DNA of 64,000 bases, taken from assembly GCA_965235115.1 (NCBI GenBank), contig OZ249436.1:3660001-3724000 (forward strand). The letters run 5' to 3'. Numbering within the stretch: the first letter of the stretch is position 1; each line of letters starts with the position of its first letter. Below the pieces are notes generated by a model. The model did not search any database, was not told the DNA's origin, and worked only from the letters and a program-made list of their open reading frames with translations. Position numbers and translations under genes: made by a program. Of this stretch, positions 63,550 to 64,000 are shown piece after piece. Source of the DNA: Laetmonice hystrix (Eukaryota).

Positions 63550-64000
63550 GTTCGCCACCATATTGACTGGCGTCCCTGACCACATGCAGTGACCACGCTC
63601 AAACCGTGGGTCGCTGTGGTCTGGTCAGTATGACGTCATATCGACCAAACTAGGTCAACAAATTGCACTTTCGATTGGAACTAGAGCGACCATTGTGACT
63701 ACGGTCACCCAACTGCTCATATCTAAAAAGATATGTGAACATGAATGGGAAGTCGTATAAGATTTGTTTAGCACAAAATCTTTGCCTCAAATGTTGTTAA
63801 AAGGTCGGTCAAGATCATACATTTTTGAAATGGTTCATATCTCTAGAACTGTCTGAGGGAAAAAATTACAATAGAATAGATCATAGGTAGGAAGGTTTTT
63901 CAGTTGGCTGTGTCTGCATAACGGTTCGAGATAACGACAATAAATGATGGGAAGGAAGTCATATTAAATTCTGAGATGGACTGCTTAGATCTCAAAAATA

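Overview
Repeat-rich animal genomic DNA, probably lophotrochozoan or mollusc-like (inferred from the SINE and MITE types; not provable from this window). Four spliced genes can be reconstructed by hand with consistent GT-AG junctions and phases: the 3' end of sorting nexin-8 (+), ribosomal protein L10 (-), a complete 21-exon sorting nexin-29 (+; RUN, coiled-coil, PX) head-to-head with RPL10, and a Josephin-type deubiquitinase (-). About a fifth of the window is locus-specific tandem arrays (29-95 bp units), plus many non-autonomous DNA transposons, a SINE and an 11-kb GC-rich repeat domain. The most striking pattern is that many arrays are seeded on exon-intron junctions. They copy a real splice site together with a piece of its exon, and the copies always extend into the intron, stacking 2-23 decoy donors or acceptors next to the real one. 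One SNX29 intron is almost entirely a donor array followed by an acceptor array. Most long ORFs in the supplied track are repeat translations, not genes.
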